DNA of 61,792 bases, counting the filler, from Asterionella formosa (taxonomy: Eukaryota): the NCBI GenBank assembly GCA_002256025.1. It is 23 parts of 23 records of this genome, joined end to end, with 100 filler letters (N's around TTAATTAATTAA, not from the genome) between each part and the next. Parts side by side here need not be neighbours in the genome. Positions count along the whole stretch, not along the records: positions 59,213 to 61,792 come from NKIB01015097.1; 22 more parts are not named here. The stretch is one strand, 5' to 3'. The translations under genes were made by a program, and so were the position numbers. Under the pieces are notes generated by a model. The model saw nothing but the letters and a program-made list of their open reading frames with translations. It was not told the origin of the DNA and did not search any database. This document shows positions 59,401-61,792 of this stretch, piece after piece. The stretch's first letter is position 1; the number at the start of each line of letters is the position of its first letter.

Positions 59401-61792
59401 GATTTCCCAAAAACCGATAGCATCGTTTTTTCGTCAGTTGACCAAAACCAAAACCAATCCAAAAAAAAAGTTTTTGGGTTTTGGTTTGGGTCAACGGTTA
59501 GCAACGGCCTTATTTTTTACAGAGGTATGTGCGATAATAGCGATGCTATTTATAATGACTCGTTGAGTATATCTCACGTTAGTCATCACCTGAATAATAT
59601 TGTTTATTTACAGGTTGAATACACTATGGATACCGCTGTTAATGTAACGCGGGATATATATAACTGTATTGATGGACATGATGTTCCACATACATATCAG
59701 GGACCAATTCCGGTTTCTTGTTTTACTTCTAAGGATATATTAACATCAATTGATTTGATTCCGATGTCCCTTTTAGCGCCAAAATTGGTGGATAATATAC
59801 CGATACATAAAATACTACGAGTATTATTCGATAGTGGAGGATCATTATCCTTAATACATGAACGGGTTATGCCTCAAGGTATTTCTTTGTCTGACGAGAC
59901 TTCCCAATTAATACATACCATAGCTGGTACTTATTCATCTCATGCCAGTGTCATGCTATATGACCTGATTTTACCAGAATTTAATCGATCCGCTCATATT
60001 TTACAACAAAAGTGTCAAGTCTTTAATGGTCTATGCACATTTGATGTTATTTTTGGACGTGATTTCCTCCGTCAAGTTGGTTTAACCATTGATTTCGTAA
60101 ATAACACCATGTCCTGTATGGATATGATCGTTCCTATGCATCCGCTCACATTCTTTGATGATAGAGAACGTTTACAAGATGTATTATTATATTTCGATGC
60201 ACCTATGATTGTGGAATCTTCATATGCGCTGGAAATTAAAGCTGCTGAATATAATTATATAAATATTGATACAGTGGTGGATAAACAAATACATTTGACA
60301 ACAATACAACGATCATGTTTACGATCTATATTGGTTAAATATCAAACATTATTTGATGGCAAATTAAAAGTCTATCCTCACAAACAGGTACATTTGGAAT
60401 TATTATCAAATGCTGTCCCTCGTCATCAACGAGCATATCCGGTCGCTCATATTCATTTAGAAGTTTTCAAAACTGAATTACAACGATTATGTGATATTGG
60501 AGTCCTACAAAAATGTGGTGCTTCTAAATGGGCATCTCCCACTTTTATTATTCCAAAAAAGGATGGAAGTGTCCGATGGGTATCAGATTTTCGTGAACTT
60601 AATAAAGTCATCAATCGCAATATATATCCTTTGCCTCGAATACAAACTATTCTCACTAAACGTGCTGGATATGTATTTTTCACCAAATTGGATGTTTCCA
60701 TGCAATACTATACTTTTGCATTGGATGTGGAGAGTCAAAACTTGTGTGTTATTTCAACTCCATTTGGTTTATATAAATATTTACGCCTGCCTATGGGGGT
60801 GAAACAATCATCTGACATTGCACAAGAAACTATGGAACAGATCCTTAGTGATTTAGATGATGTGGAAATTTATATTGATGATGTGGGTTGTTTTTCAATG
60901 AATTTTTCAGATCACCTTCATTTATTGGACACTATTTTACATCGTTTACAGATAAATGGTTTTACAATTAATCCATCTAAGTGTGAATGGGCCGTCCAAG
61001 AGACAGATTGGTTAGGCTATTGGTTAACTCCTAATGGACTGAAACCTTGGTCTAAAAAAGTCCGAGCATTGATTAATATGTCTTCACCTACCAATCTTAA
61101 ACAAGTTCGATCATTTCTCGGTGCTGTTACTTACTATCGAGACATGTTTCCTAGACGATCGCATGTTCTTGGACCACTTACGGATTTAATTGGAACTAGT
61201 CCCTTTGTCTGGTTACCTATCCATCAACAAGCTTTTGAAGAAATGAAAGCATTGTTAGTTGCAGATACACTCATGCGTTATCCTGACCATAATCTCCCTT
61301 TTCATATCTTTACTGATGCCTCTGATTATCAATTAGGGTCGGTCATTATGCAAAATGATCTCCCAGTTGCTTATTATTCTCGCAAATTATCTGCTGCTCA
61401 AAAGAATTATACTACTATTGAAAAAGAATTACTTTCTGTGGTAGAAACTTTCAAAGAATTTCGCTCTATGTTATTGGGCGCAGTTCTACATGTTCACACT
61501 GATCATCGAAATCTTATTTATAATACATTACATACACAACGTGTTCTACGATGGCGACTTTACATTGAAGAATACCATCCTACTTTTCATTATGTGAAAG
61601 GGACTGACAATGCTATTGCAGATTCCATCTCTCGCCTCCCGAGGCTTGAGTCTTTGGTGGAGGATGATATTGATATTGGACCGAAATCTCCAACATCAAC
61701 TTCCACTTCTACTTTTTCAATTGAATTAGATGATGAACCTCTGCTTACATGTTTCCTTAATCATCCCATCTTGACAGACAATATTCAATATC
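59401..61792 (+). mobile_element. Ty3/gypsy LTR retrotransposon pol: protease, RT, RNase H; uninterrupted, runs off window
   Basis: Manual translation gives VLFDSGG (59821), WASPTFIIPKKDG..DFRELNK, RLPMG, YIDD (60871), FTDASD, EKELL, TDHRNL, ADSISR. No stop from 59401 to the end. Confidence 0.96.

Noticed and set aside
1..61792. Operon-like or cluster interpretation across the window
   Set aside because: Contigs are concatenated by length; only within-contig linkage is usable.

Overview
This window is not one locus. It is 23 unrelated contigs of about 2.58-2.60 kb, in roughly descending length order, joined by 100-nt artificial linkers (N44-TTAATTAATTAA-N44), so adjacency across linkers carries no meaning. 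The DNA is eukaryotic (GT-AG introns of 80-100 nt). It is most likely a diatom, inferred from a CoDi-type copia element with HVDD, 'TEIGLLTSL' LRR arrays, aardvark-like ARM arrays and an RXL-motif secreted protein. Host genes: PRXL2A-like thioredoxin-fold protein, dPGM phosphoglycerate mutase, an ankyrin-like protein, an RNI-like protein, an Mpv17/PMP22-ACT-ACT fusion, RIO2 kinase, Enhancer of Polycomb, LRR and ARM repeat proteins, and an acidic secreted repeat protein. Mobile DNA: uninterrupted copia pol, uninterrupted gypsy pol (missed by the ORF track), a pogo-like transposase and its deletion derivative, a non-LTR element next to (CCCTAA)n, several Plavaka-like transposase relics, a complete 1.74-kb TIR element, and a SINE-like insertion with a 15-bp target-site duplication. 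The best candidate for an undescribed system is a Plavaka-like DNA transposon carrying a 2OG-Fe(II) dioxygenase-like gene (two divergent copies), in a genome whose TEs show CpG-deamination decay. All family assignments come from motif recognition; no database searches were run.
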